From NCBI GenBank assembly GCA_965224245.1, contig OZ245046.1, positions 768,001-832,000 on the forward strand: a stretch of DNA of 64,000 nt, given 5' to 3'. Below are positions 33,524 to 42,500 of the stretch, piece after piece. A program made the translations under genes and the position numbers. Each line of letters starts with the position of its first letter. The first letter of the stretch is position 1. This stretch comes from Candidatus Eiseniibacteriota bacterium. GTDB taxonomy: Bacteria; Eisenbacteria; RBG-16-71-46; CAZAMP01. The notes beneath the pieces are model-generated. The model saw nothing but the letters and a program-made list of their open reading frames with translations. It was not told the DNA's origin and did not search any database.

Positions 33524-34169
33524 TAAGTAACGCTAGCCTTAGTAAAACTGGACCATATGCGGGAAACTCCTCAAAAGCCGTCCGGTACTCGCCGGTGGTC
33601 TCGATCACCCAGATCGAGCGCCCGGCAGTAACAATCCGGCGGACATGTGGACAATCCGCAGGGAAGGCCCGCGTCTGCCGCGGGAACCCTCAGAGACTTG
33701 ACGTCCAGGACTGGTCGATGAAGCTTGACGCACAGTGGATCACAGGATTCGTGGACGGTGAAGGGTGCTTCTACGTCGGCGTGAACTCACAGCCGTCGAT
33801 GAGCACCGGAGTTCAGGTTCTACCTGAATTCACCGTCGTGCAGCACGAACGTGATGTGCAGCTGCTGCAGGCCCTCAAGACGCACTTCGGTTGTGGCGTC
33901 GTTCGCAAGAACAACGGCGACCGAATGGCGTTTCGGGTTCGCAGTCTCCGGCACCATCTGGAGCGCATCATTCCATTCTTCGTCAAGCACCCGTTGAAGT
34001 CGAAGAAGCGCGCTGATTTCGAGAAGTATCGGCGTGTATGTCTTCTGATGGAACGTGGTGATCATCTGACTCCGGAAGGAGTGGAGGAGATCCGTCGGAT
34101 CGCCTCCCAGATGAACCGAGGCCAGTCAAGGTAAAGTCCGTCCCGCTTGGAAACAGGTGGGAGCAAACG
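33524..34169 (+). mobile_element. Group I self-splicing intron at 23S position L1931 (E. coli numbering), 646 nt
   Basis: Removing it restores CCTAAGGT-AGCGAAATTCC; exon ends in U and intron in G; P1 CTAAGGT/GCCTTAG with U.G, P10 CGCT/AGCG, P3 CTGGAC/GTCCAG, P4 TGCGG/CCGCA, R CAGAGACT, S AAGGTAAAGTCC, P9 with GAAA loop. Confidence 0.95.
33718..34134 (+). CDS. Single-motif LAGLIDADG homing endonuclease (138 aa) in the intron P8 loop
   Basis: WITGFVDGEGCF, FTVVQH, LKTHFGCGVV, IIPFFVKHPLKSKKRADF, HLTPEG. Confidence 0.95.
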   Translation: MKLDAQWITGFVDGEGCFYVGVNSQPSMSTGVQVLPEFTVVQHERDVQLLQALKTHFGCGVVRKNNGDRMAFRVRSLRHHLERIIPFFVKHPLKSKKRADFEKYRRVCLLMERGDHLTPEGVEEIRRIASQMNRGQSR

Positions 34170-34219
<50 letters not shown>

Positions 34220-34467
34220 TCTGGGCACTGTCTCGGCTAGAAGCTCGGCGAAACTGTAGTAGCGGTGAAGATGCCGCTTACCCGCGTCTGGACAGAAAGA
34301 CCCCATGGACCTTTACTGCAACTTGATATTGGGTTTCGACCTTGCATGTGTAGGATAGGTGGGAGGCGTTGAGACGGGGGCGCTAGCTTCCGTGGAGCCG
34401 ACCTTGAAATACCACCCTTGTGACGTTGGAATTCTAACCTGGCTCCGTGAATCCGGGTCAGGAACAG

Positions 34468-34503
<36 letters not shown>

Positions 34504-34713
34504 AAAAAGGTAACGGAGGCGCACAAAGGTTCCCTCAGCGTGGTCGGCAATCACGCGAAGAGTGTAAAGGCAAAAGGGAGCTTGACTGCGAGACCGACAG
34601 GTCGAGCAGGTGGGAAACCAGGTCTTAGTGACCCGGTGGCGCCGAGTGGAAGGGCCATCGATCAACGGATAAAAGGTACCCTGGGGATAACAGGCTTATC
34701 TCCCCCGAGAGTC

Positions 34714-34771
<58 letters not shown>

Positions 34772-34825
34772 GCGGTCCCAAGGGTTTGGCTGTTCGCCAA
34801 TTAAAGTGGTACGTGAGCTGGGTTT

Positions 34826-34857
<32 letters not shown>

Positions 34858-34974
34858 ACGTGGGCGCAGGAGGTTTGAGGAGATCTGACTATAGTACGAG
34901 AGGACCTAGTTGGACGCACCTCTAGTGCACCTGTTGTCGCGCCAGCGGCATGGCAGGGTAGCTACGTGCGGGAT

Positions 34975-35007
<33 letters not shown>

Positions 35008-35323
35008 AACTCCAAGATGAGACCTCCCTGACTTCGGTCCTGAAGGCCCCTTCGAGACTAGGAGGTTGATAGGCTGGAGGTGTAAGCGTGGTAACACGCT
35101 CAGCCGACCAGTACTAATAGGCCGTGCGGCTTGGCCTTTTCGAGAGCCTCGTCGCAACTGTTTGCGTCAGGGATGCGTAGCACTTTCGAGTGATGCGGAT
35201 CTGCCGACGCGCCGCAAAACCGCTATCCAACGTGGATTTGTCCAGGATTATCCCCGCCGAGGCCTTGATCTAGGCTGCCGCTTGACTGGCAGTTCCTGTC
35301 AGGCGCTTTGGCGGTGGAGTTTT

Positions 35324-35440
35324 TTCCGGTGGCAATGGCGGAGGGGCCACACCCGTTCCCATTCCGAACACGGTCGTTAAGCCCTCCAGCGCCGATGGTA
35401 CTGCCCGGGTGACTAGGTGGGAGAGTAGGACGTCGCCGGA
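35324..35440 (+). rRNA. rrf: 5S rRNA
   Basis: CACCCGTTCCCATTCCGAACACGG, GCCGATGGTACTG, GGGAGAGTAGG; TCCGGTGGC/GTCGCCGGA terminal stem. Confidence 0.97.
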
Positions 35441-35450
35441 TTTTTCTTCG

Positions 35451-35483
35451 AGCCCTCGTCACGTTGCGTGGCGAGGGCTTTTT
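35451..35483 (+). terminator. rrn intrinsic terminator
   Basis: AGCCCTCGTCACG-TTG-CGTGGCGAGGGCT followed by TTTT. Confidence 0.85.
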
Positions 35484-35562
35484 CGTATGCGCCGCCGCGT
35501 AGACGCGCAGTGCGAGCGACCGGAGACGCCGGGAGGCGCCCGCCGGTCCGGAGTGACTCGAG

Positions 35563-36057
35563 ATGTTCAGCGTGCTCTGTGACACGCGCGAGACGACGCG
35601 AAGGGTCGCGGAGGCCCTCGCGTGCCGACTCGGCGCGCGTGATCTGGTCGTGCTGTCCGGCGAGATCGGCGCGGGCAAGACGACGTTCGTCCAGGCGCTG
35701 GCCCCGGCGATGGGTCTCACCGGCGACGTGACGAGCCCCACCTTCACGCTGGCGCACCGATACGACGGCGACGTCGCCCTGAACCATCTCGACCTGTACC
35801 GTCTCGAGCGAGCGGACGAGCTCCTCGACCTGGACCTGCCCGACATGCTGGCCGAGCGCACGGTCACCGTCATCGAGTGGGGCGAGCGGTTCCTGTCCGC
35901 CCTGCCTCCCGACTACCTCCGGATTCACATCCTCTTCGTGCAGCCGGACGCCGGTGAGTCGTCCGAGGCGCGGGAGCTGCGGTTCGAGGCGGTGGGCGAG
36001 AGCTGGGCGTCACGCGTGAGCGACCTCGAGGCCGCGATCCAGGGAGCCATGCCGTGA
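35563..36057 (+). CDS. tsaE: t6A biosynthesis ATPase TsaE
   Basis: LSGEIGAGKTTF, VTSPTFTL, HLDLYRL, IEWGE. Confidence 0.95.
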   Translation: MFSVLCDTRETTRRVAEALACRLGARDLVVLSGEIGAGKTTFVQALAPAMGLTGDVTSPTFTLAHRYDGDVALNHLDLYRLERADELLDLDLPDMLAERTVTVIEWGERFLSALPPDYLRIHILFVQPDAGESSEARELRFEAVGESWASRVSDLEAAIQGAMP

Positions 36058-36770
36058 TCGTGCTGGGCATCGAGACCGCCACCTCGGAGGCGGGGGTCGC
36101 GCTCGGTGGGGAAGACGGCGTGCTGGCGTCGTTCCGCCTCGGCCGATCCCGTCGCCACATCGAGAGCATGGCCCCCGCGATCACGTTCGTGTGCGAGTCG
36201 AGCGGCGTCGACCTGGACGACGTGGAGCTCGTGGCGGTCGACGTCGGTCCGGGCGGATACACGGGGATACGAGTCGGACTGGCGACCGCGCGGGCGATTG
36301 CATACGGGATCGACGTCCCGCTGGTCGGCGTGCCGTCGCTGGACCTCCTGGCGTTCCGGGTGCGGGCGTCGGACCGGCGGATCGTCTCGGTGATCGACGC
36401 GCGTCGGGGCGAGGTCTACTGGGCCAGCTACCGGGGCGGGGCCTCGGGACTCACGCGGCTCGACGAGCCCGCGGTCGCGAGCCCGGAAGCGCTGGCCGGC
36501 CGCCTGGCCGACCTGGGCGAGCCGCTGCTCGTGGTGGGGACCGGCGCCACGGTGTATCGGGATGCCCTGGCGAGCGTCCCCGAGCTTCGACATGCCGGTT
36601 CCGAGCTGGACTGCCCGAGCGCCGCGTCGCTCGTCGAGCTCGTTCGCCTCGACCCCGCGGTCGCGGCCACGGCGGGCCCGAGCGCTCCCGATCTGCTCTA
36701 CCTTCGCGCGCCAGACGCCTCGACCCCCGAGGAGAGAGCGGCGCGGCGCCCACCTCGCGACGGGGACTGA
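36054..36770 (+). CDS. tsaB: t6A biosynthesis protein TsaB
   Basis: LGIETAT, H.E, VGPGGYTGIRVG, IDARRGEVY, LYLR. Confidence 0.93.
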   Translation: MIVLGIETATSEAGVALGGEDGVLASFRLGRSRRHIESMAPAITFVCESSGVDLDDVELVAVDVGPGGYTGIRVGLATARAIAYGIDVPLVGVPSLDLLAFRVRASDRRIVSVIDARRGEVYWASYRGGASGLTRLDEPAVASPEALAGRLADLGEPLLVVGTGATVYRDALASVPELRHAGSELDCPSAASLVELVRLDPAVAATAGPSAPDLLYLRAPDASTPEERAARRPPRDGD

Positions 36771-36798
36771 CGCCTCGCCGGCTCGGGCTGGCCGCGGA

Positions 36799-37815
36799 TC
36801 AGTGCGCGGTCACGTCGGCGGCCTCGGGAAGCCCCTGCCGCGGGGCCACGCCGAAGTCCAGCCGATCGCCTCCGTCGTGCGCGAGACGATCCCAGGCCGC
36901 GGCGGCGATCATCGCGCCGTTGTCGGTGGCCAGCCGGAGGGGGGGCAGACACACGCGAACGCCGTGCGTCGCGCCGAGCGTGGCCAGACGCGCCCGGAGC
37001 GGCGGGCTCGCGGCGACGCCGCCGACGACGGCGACCGACGCGTAGGCGTGCTCGGTCAGGGCCAGTCCGAGCTTCTCCATGAGCACGTCCACCACGGCGG
37101 CGGCGAAGGACGCGGCGACGTCCTCGGGCGTCCAGCCGTCGGGCTCGCGAAGGCGGTTGGCGACGGCGGTCTTCAGTCCCGAGAACGAGAAGTCCAGACC
37201 CCGGCCGGCCATGGGACGCGGGAACCCGAGCACGTCCCGGCCCGCCGCCGCGAGCCGGTCGATCGCGGGACCGCCCGGGTAGGGCAGCCCCAGCATGCGC
37301 GCGACCTTGTCGTATGCCTCGCCGGCGGAATCGTCTCGCGTGCGGCCGAGCACGACGGACCGGCCGGGCCCGTGCACGCGCGCCAGCAGCGTGTGGCCTC
37401 CGCTGACCAGGAGCACCAGTGCCGGATACTCGACCGGCGCCTCTCCGAGCGACGCGGAGGCCAGATGGCCCTCGAGGTGATTGATGCTCAACAGGGGCTT
37501 CTTCCAGGCCAGGGCCAGTCCCTTGGCCGCCGCCATGCCGACCAGGAGCGATCCGACCAGGCCCGGCCCGCTGGTAACCGCGATCGCGGTCAGGTCCCGA
37601 CCGCGAACGCCGGCCCCGTCGAGGGCCTGCGAGATCACGGGGATGACCTCCGCCACGTGAACGCGCCCTGCGATCTCGGGGACCACACCGCCGTAGCGAG
37701 CGTGTGCGTCGAGCTGTCGCGAGACCACGTTGGAGAGGATCTCGAGGCGATCGGTCACGACGGCGGCCGCCGTGTCGTCACACGACGTCTCGATCCCGAG
37801 CATCAGGCGGCTCAC
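36799..37815 (-). CDS. tsaD: t6A threonylcarbamoyltransferase TsaD
   Basis: LGIETSCDDT, GGVVPEIA, GPGL, NHLEGH, LVSGGHT, TRDDSAGEAYDK, FSFSGLKT, TDNGAMIA. Confidence 0.95.
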   Translation of the reverse strand: MSRLMLGIETSCDDTAAAVVTDRLEILSNVVSRQLDAHARYGGVVPEIAGRVHVAEVIPVISQALDGAGVRGRDLTAIAVTSGPGLVGSLLVGMAAAKGLALAWKKPLLSINHLEGHLASASLGEAPVEYPALVLLVSGGHTLLARVHGPGRSVVLGRTRDDSAGEAYDKVARMLGLPYPGGPAIDRLAAAGRDVLGFPRPMAGRGLDFSFSGLKTAVANRLREPDGWTPEDVAASFAAAVVDVLMEKLGLALTEHAYASVAVVGGVAASPPLRARLATLGATHGVRVCLPPLRLATDNGAMIAAAAWDRLAHDGGDRLDFGVAPRQGLPEAADVTAH

Positions 37816-38498
37816 CGCGGATCCCTCGTTTCGAGACGACCCGCGTCGAGCGCGGCCTCGAGGCGGTCGGGCGAGATCGCGCCGACACGCTCGATGCACG
37901 GGGGCGAAGCCCGGAGGTTCAGGATCGTCGAGGGGACCGGGGACAGCGCGCCGGCATCCACGACCATCTCGACCCGTCCCATGAGGCTCCGCGCGGCGGC
38001 GAGCGCCCGGATCGCCGAGGGCTCGCCGTGCCGGTTGGCGCTCGTCATCAGATAGGGACCGCCGGCGATGGCGATCTCGCGGAGCAGGCTCGGCTCCGGA
38101 AAGCGGACGGCCACCTCGTCCCGGCCGTCGAGCCAGGCCGGTCGCCGGCCACCGGCTCGAAAGCCGAGGATCAGCGTCAGCGGCCCCGGCCAGAATTGAT
38201 CCGCGAGCCGTCTCACCCGATCGTTCGCGCCCAGGCCGAGCTTCTCGACCTGATCCACCGAGCCCACGACGACCGGGAGGTTCATCTCCCGGGGACGCCC
38301 CTTGAGCGCGTAGGCGCGCCCGAGGGCCGAGGCGTGGCCGGCCGCGATGGCGAGACCGTAGACCGTCTCGGTGGGGAGCACGACGGCGCCGCCCCCGGCC
38401 ATGACGGCGGCGATCTCCTCGGCCGACGCCTCGGCCGCGGGCACCATGCGCGGCGGCCCCGAGGCGTGCGCGTCGGGGATCGGATCGGCCGATGTCAC
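37812..38498 (-). CDS. tsaC: Threonylcarbamoyl-AMP synthase (TsaC/YrdC, no Sua5 tail); start approximate
   Basis: PTETVYGL, KGRP, FWPGPLT, VAVRFP, TSAN, PSTI; its TGA overlaps the tsaD GTG. Confidence 0.92.
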   Translation of the reverse strand: MTSADPIPDAHASGPPRMVPAAEASAEEIAAVMAGGGAVVLPTETVYGLAIAAGHASALGRAYALKGRPREMNLPVVVGSVDQVEKLGLGANDRVRRLADQFWPGPLTLILGFRAGGRRPAWLDGRDEVAVRFPEPSLLREIAIAGGPYLMTSANRHGEPSAIRALAAARSLMGRVEMVVDAGALSPVPSTILNLRASPPCIERVGAISPDRLEAALDAGRLETRDPR

Positions 38499-38786
38499 GT
38501 CGTCCACGGTCAACCTCGTGTCGGTCCGGAGGAGCCGGCTCCGCGGGACGCTCCCGCGGCCGGCGTCCTGCCGGGTCGTCTCGAACGATCGTATCGTCAC
38601 CGCGGCATGCCGCGCAATTCCCCGCCTCGACGTCAGAACTCGTAGGCCGCGGCCGTACTCCGATCCAAGACGACGTCCGGTTCGCCGGAACGGACGGCTC
38701 GGCTCCGCGGATCTCGCGAGAGGTCACGCCCGGGCCCTCCCGCCACACATCGAAACGAGTTTCGGCTCGAGGGAAAGGGAAGTCAG

Positions 38787-39428
38787 ATGGCCTGGTTCTC
38801 ACGCTTCACGCGCTTCGGCGACATGCATCTCGTGTACGGACAGGAAGCCAACATGTCGTGCGGCATCGCCAGCGTCATGATGTGCGTCTTCAAGCTCAAC
38901 AAGCTGAAGCCGGGGCGGACCGCGGTGACGATCGAGAAGGAGATCTACAAGAAGTACGAGGCGGCGCTGGGCGCGACCTACAAGCCGGAGACGACCGGGA
39001 CCTACCCGCAGCACCTGGCCACGATCCTCGGCGGCTTCACCAAGCCCACGTGGAAGTGGCGGCAGGTGCCCGTGAACGACGTGGCGAAGGTCCTCACCGA
39101 CGCGGTCGGGGTGACGTCCGGTATCGGGCCGACCCTCTCCGTCGATCCGGTCATACTCGGCGTCGACTGGGACCTCGGCGGCGCGCACTGGGTGGTCGTG
39201 GACACGATCCGAAGCGTCGGCGGCTCGACCTACGCGACCATCTGCGATCCCTGGGACGCCAACGTCCACATCCAGAAGTTCGCGGCCGGCAGCCCCTTCG
39301 TGTACGACGCGGCGAACGGCGGCTTCTCGATCGATCTCGGTGGGACCCACAAGGGGCAGAAGCAGCCTTACCAGGGAAACGCCGCGAAGGGGATGGTCAA
39401 GACCTGGGGGATCATCGCTCCGGCGTGA
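38787..39428 (+). CDS. Stand-alone papain-fold (C39-like) cysteine peptidase
   Basis: Q-x5-C (GQEANMSCGIAS), GAHWVVV and ICDPW form an ordered Cys-His-Asp triad. Confidence 0.65.
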   Translation: MAWFSRFTRFGDMHLVYGQEANMSCGIASVMMCVFKLNKLKPGRTAVTIEKEIYKKYEAALGATYKPETTGTYPQHLATILGGFTKPTWKWRQVPVNDVAKVLTDAVGVTSGIGPTLSVDPVILGVDWDLGGAHWVVVDTIRSVGGSTYATICDPWDANVHIQKFAAGSPFVYDAANGGFSIDLGGTHKGQKQPYQGNAAKGMVKTWGIIAPA

Positions 39429-39452
39429 CGCCCACGATCCCCTCGAGGACGA

Positions 39453-39494
39453 GGATCGGCGGTGCGCGCGTAGGCGGCGGCGCACCGCCGATCC
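39453..39494. terminator. Strong hairpin between convergent genes
   Basis: Perfect 15-bp inverted repeat GGATCGGCGGTGCGC / GCGCACCGCCGATCC. Confidence 0.6.
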
Positions 39495-39509
39495 CCGGAG
39501 GTCAGACCG

Positions 39510-42500
39510 TCAACGGCTCATGACCATGATCTTCGTCGCGACCCGCTGGCGCCCGCCGCGCAGGAGCGCGACGTATTCGCCGGCGGGCAGCCGGCTGCCT
39601 CGACCGTCGGTGGCGTCCCAGCGGATGTCGTACCGACCCTCCGCCAGCACCTCCCCGGCGATGGGCCGGGCGACCCGCCGTCCCGACACGTCGAAGATCT
39701 CGAGCGTCACCGGGACGCCGGTCAGCGAGCGCGGAATGACCACGCGGAGACGTGTCGCGTCCACGAGCGGATTCGGGGACGCCGGCAGCATGATCGCCCC
39801 CTGGGCCGACAGCGTACCCGATGGGAGGACCGTCAGGCGCCCGAGCTCCTGCCGCTCGCCGTGCGCGTCGATCCCCACGATCCGATACGTGAGCCGGGCC
39901 GCGTCGACGTCGACCACGTCCGACCACGTGCAGAGCCCGGTCTCGTCCGCCAGCTCGCTCGCGAGAAGCGGCGTCGGCGTCCGGGACTCGAAGCTCCCGG
40001 CGTCGCCGGCGCGCTCGATCTCGAACATCGGGATCCGGGCCGGCGCACGCCAGCTGAGCGACACCGTGCTCTCGGACCAGCTTCCGGCCAGCGATTCCAG
40101 GAGAACGGGCGTCTCGCGGACGCCGACCGTGAAGTGCACCGGCCAGAATCCCCCGGTGAGGAGCTGCGTGTCGTCCCCGGCACCGGTGAGGCCGTCGGCC
40201 GCCAGCGAGACGAACCAGATGCTGCTGCCACCCCCGTTGGTGAACTCGTAGTAGATGCCGGCATCGTCGCCCGCGAACGTCGGACGTCCCAGCGACGAGA
40301 AGTTGTTCGTGACGATCCCCGATTCACCGGTCACGACGTCGACCGCCACGACGTAGATGTTGCCGTCGCCGGCCAGGTAATCGAACGCGAGCGTGTTGTC
40401 GCTGTTCTGCGCGAACGTGGGGTTCCCGACGCTCTCGTTGGACGGCAGCGGCTGGAGCACCCGGAACGACAGCCCGTCGGTGAGACGCAGGAAGTTGATG
40501 TCCCAGTACTGCGCGTCGGCGCCGTCGATCGACACGTTGTGCAGCGCGTCGTACACGAGGAAGTCCCCGCCGACCGCGAACTCCAGCACGTCGGCGTAGA
40601 GGATGTTGTCCGATCCGCTCTCGCCCGACGTCTGCGTGGCCAGCTCGAACGCCGCCGAGTTTCCGGGCTCGATCAGGTCGAACACGAAGATCGTGTTGTC
40701 CTCCACGAACGGTGTCGCGGCGAGGAAGCGTCCCCCGGCGCTGAGCGCGACGCTCCACCACTCGGGATCGGCGGAGATCTGGAAGATGGAGCCCTCGGCG
40801 GCCAGGTACACGTGCTGGTCGCTTCCCACGAATGCCATCGCGGAGCCGTCGTCCGCGAACGACGGTCGACCGCCGTCGGCGATCGAGAGGCCCCCCGAGA
40901 TCGCGTCGATCGTCGAGCCCTCTCCGACCGGCACCGACACGGCCACGATCTCGCCGCTGCCGGCGTCGATGACCGAGAGGAAGTCGACCCCCTCGTTGTC
41001 CGGCAGGTCGACCGGGTCGTCGGTGTCCTCCTCGGCGGTCATGCCGACCGCGTCCAGGGCCGCCGTGACGGCGTCTTGCTCGAGCGACCCCGCACCGTGG
41101 AGGTCCGCCGCCGCCTGCCGGATCCCGAGGCGGAAGTCGGCGAACTGCGAGTTCCGATTCAGGTACATCGACAGCGTGCGGTACCAGATCTCCTCGGCCT
41201 TCGCCACGGTCATCCCGCCGGTCGTGGCCGCCAGGAAGTACGCCCGGTTGGGGATGCCACTGTTGATGTGAACCCCGCCGTTGTCCTGATCGATCGGGAG
41301 ATCCTGGAACTGATCCATGTGCGCGGGCTGCTGTCCGCCGAAGGCGACGTCGGCTCCGTCGGGGTGCTCCATGTTGCGCAGGCAGTCTCCGGCGATCGCC
41401 GGTGTCGTCACGTCCTCTCCGAGGAGCCAGTTGGCCTCCGCGCCGTTGTGATGGAAGTCGGTCGAGACGCCGAACACGTCGGCGAAGTGCTCGTTCAGCG
41501 CGCCAGACTGGAATTCGTACACGAGGTTGGCCGTGTGCTCGATGACGCCGTGGCTCATCTCGTGTGCGGTCACGTCGAGAGTCCCGGCGAGGTCGGAGAA
41601 CGACGTACCGTCACCATTTCCGAACACCATGAACGTCCCGTTCCAGAATGCGTTGTTGAAGCCGTTCTGGAAGTTCACGATCAGGTTCATGTTCATGCCC
41701 GCGGCGTCGATGCTCACGCGATCGTGTGCCGACCGGAAGTAGTCGTACACGAGGTCGGCGAAGAACGCGGCGCTGACGGCGTTCTCGAAGCCGGTCCAGC
41801 TGGTCGCGCTTGGAGATGTGACGAAGAAGAGCTGCGACCCGTCGCCGTTGCGCGCGTCCAGGAGGTTGATCACTCCCTTGCCCTCCTGGGGAAGCGTGCC
41901 GCTGGCATCGAACATGTCCTTGGTCGTGTTGATCATGAACACCGTGCCGCCGTCCTCGTAGAGCTCGAGCGATCGCGTCGTGCCCGAGAGATCGACGCCC
42001 GATCCCGTGATCGCACCGCCGCCGTGCGGAACCAGCGTCTCGCGACCGAGGATCAGGCCGTTCTCGGCATCGACGAAGACGTCGTCACGGTGCGCGAGCC
42101 CGGCGCTCGCACGCACCCGCCACGCGAGCGAGACCGCGTCGCGTCCGTAGAAGACGAGCTCGGTCTCCTCCACGGTCGCGGTCACTCCGGTGGCCGGCAT
42201 CGACGCCAGCGCCGTCGTTCGTGCGGCCGATTCCGACACCGTCGGCTCGATCGAGATCCCGACCGGGCTCGGAACGGTCCGGGCGCTCACGCCGGTCACG
42301 CGTCCGGAGTCGTCCACGCGCACGATCAGATCGCGTCCCCAGACCCGGAGCCCGCGGTAGGCCTGGGCGTGCCGGATCGCGACGGTTCCGTCGCGACCGG
42401 CGAGGCTCTGATACGCCAGGAGCTCGGCCGACGCGTCCTCCAGGCGCAGGAGCGGCGCGATCTCGTCGAGGAGTCGCGCCGCGGCCTCCTCGGGATGCGC

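Noticed and set aside
33595-33717. 41-codon N-terminal extension of the endonuclease
   Set aside because: It lies in the structured ribozyme core; ATG 33718 puts the LAGLIDADG helix at the usual N-terminal position
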